Of a stretch of 64,000 nt of DNA, positions 63,941-64,000 are shown in pieces. Made by a program: the position numbers and the translations under genes. Under the pieces are notes generated by a model. The model saw nothing but the letters and a program-made list of their open reading frames with translations. It searched no databases and was not told the origin of the DNA. This DNA comes from Nemertoderma westbladi (Eukaryota > Animalia > Xenacoelomorpha). Each line of letters starts with the position of its first letter. Positions within the stretch are counted from its first letter, which is position 1. The stretch lies in assembly GCA_032718475.1 (NCBI GenBank), contig JAUCBJ010008403.1, forward strand, positions 1-64,000. Direction: 5' to 3'.

Positions 63941-64000
63941 GAGAATGGCAAACGCACCTGCAATGGGAACTAAATTTACAAACATTTGCAAGGCATTTAA
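63941..64000 (-). CDS. Upstream FReD exon (partial, runs off the window)
   Basis: Open frame LNALQMFVNLVPIAGAFAIL ending at a phase-0 gtaagt donor. Confidence 0.5.

Overview
AT-rich invertebrate-type (metazoan) genomic DNA, not prokaryotic. Most of the window is three very large, full-length BEL/Pao LTR retrotransposons, each with paired LTRs and a 5-bp target-site duplication (TSD). A: minus strand, 8287-28528, ~20.2 kb. C: minus strand, 28944-63698, ~18.8 kb without its insert. B: plus strand, 29067-45028, ~16 kb, nested in C's 3' LTR, with an intact 2705-aa gag-pol. They appear to interrupt a minus-strand host gene for a fibrinogen-related-domain (FReD) protein: C in a coding exon, A in the last intron. 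The left 8 kb holds a Mutator-like foldback MITE, RTE-type fragments, a 5'-truncated L2 LINE and a decayed FReD paralogue. Two features stand out. (1) None of the three elements has a tRNA primer-binding site; instead the 10-15 nt right after each 5' LTR are complementary to a site inside the element's own LTR, with compensatory substitutions between families, which points to Tf1-like self-priming in a BEL/Pao lineage. (2) Each carries a second sense ORF after pol (~1400 aa when reconstructed in A and C; internally deleted in B) encoding a WRN/RNase D-type DEDDy 3'-5' exonuclease-like domain, three Cys/His zinc fingers and a basic tail instead of env. All calls were made by eye, without database searches.
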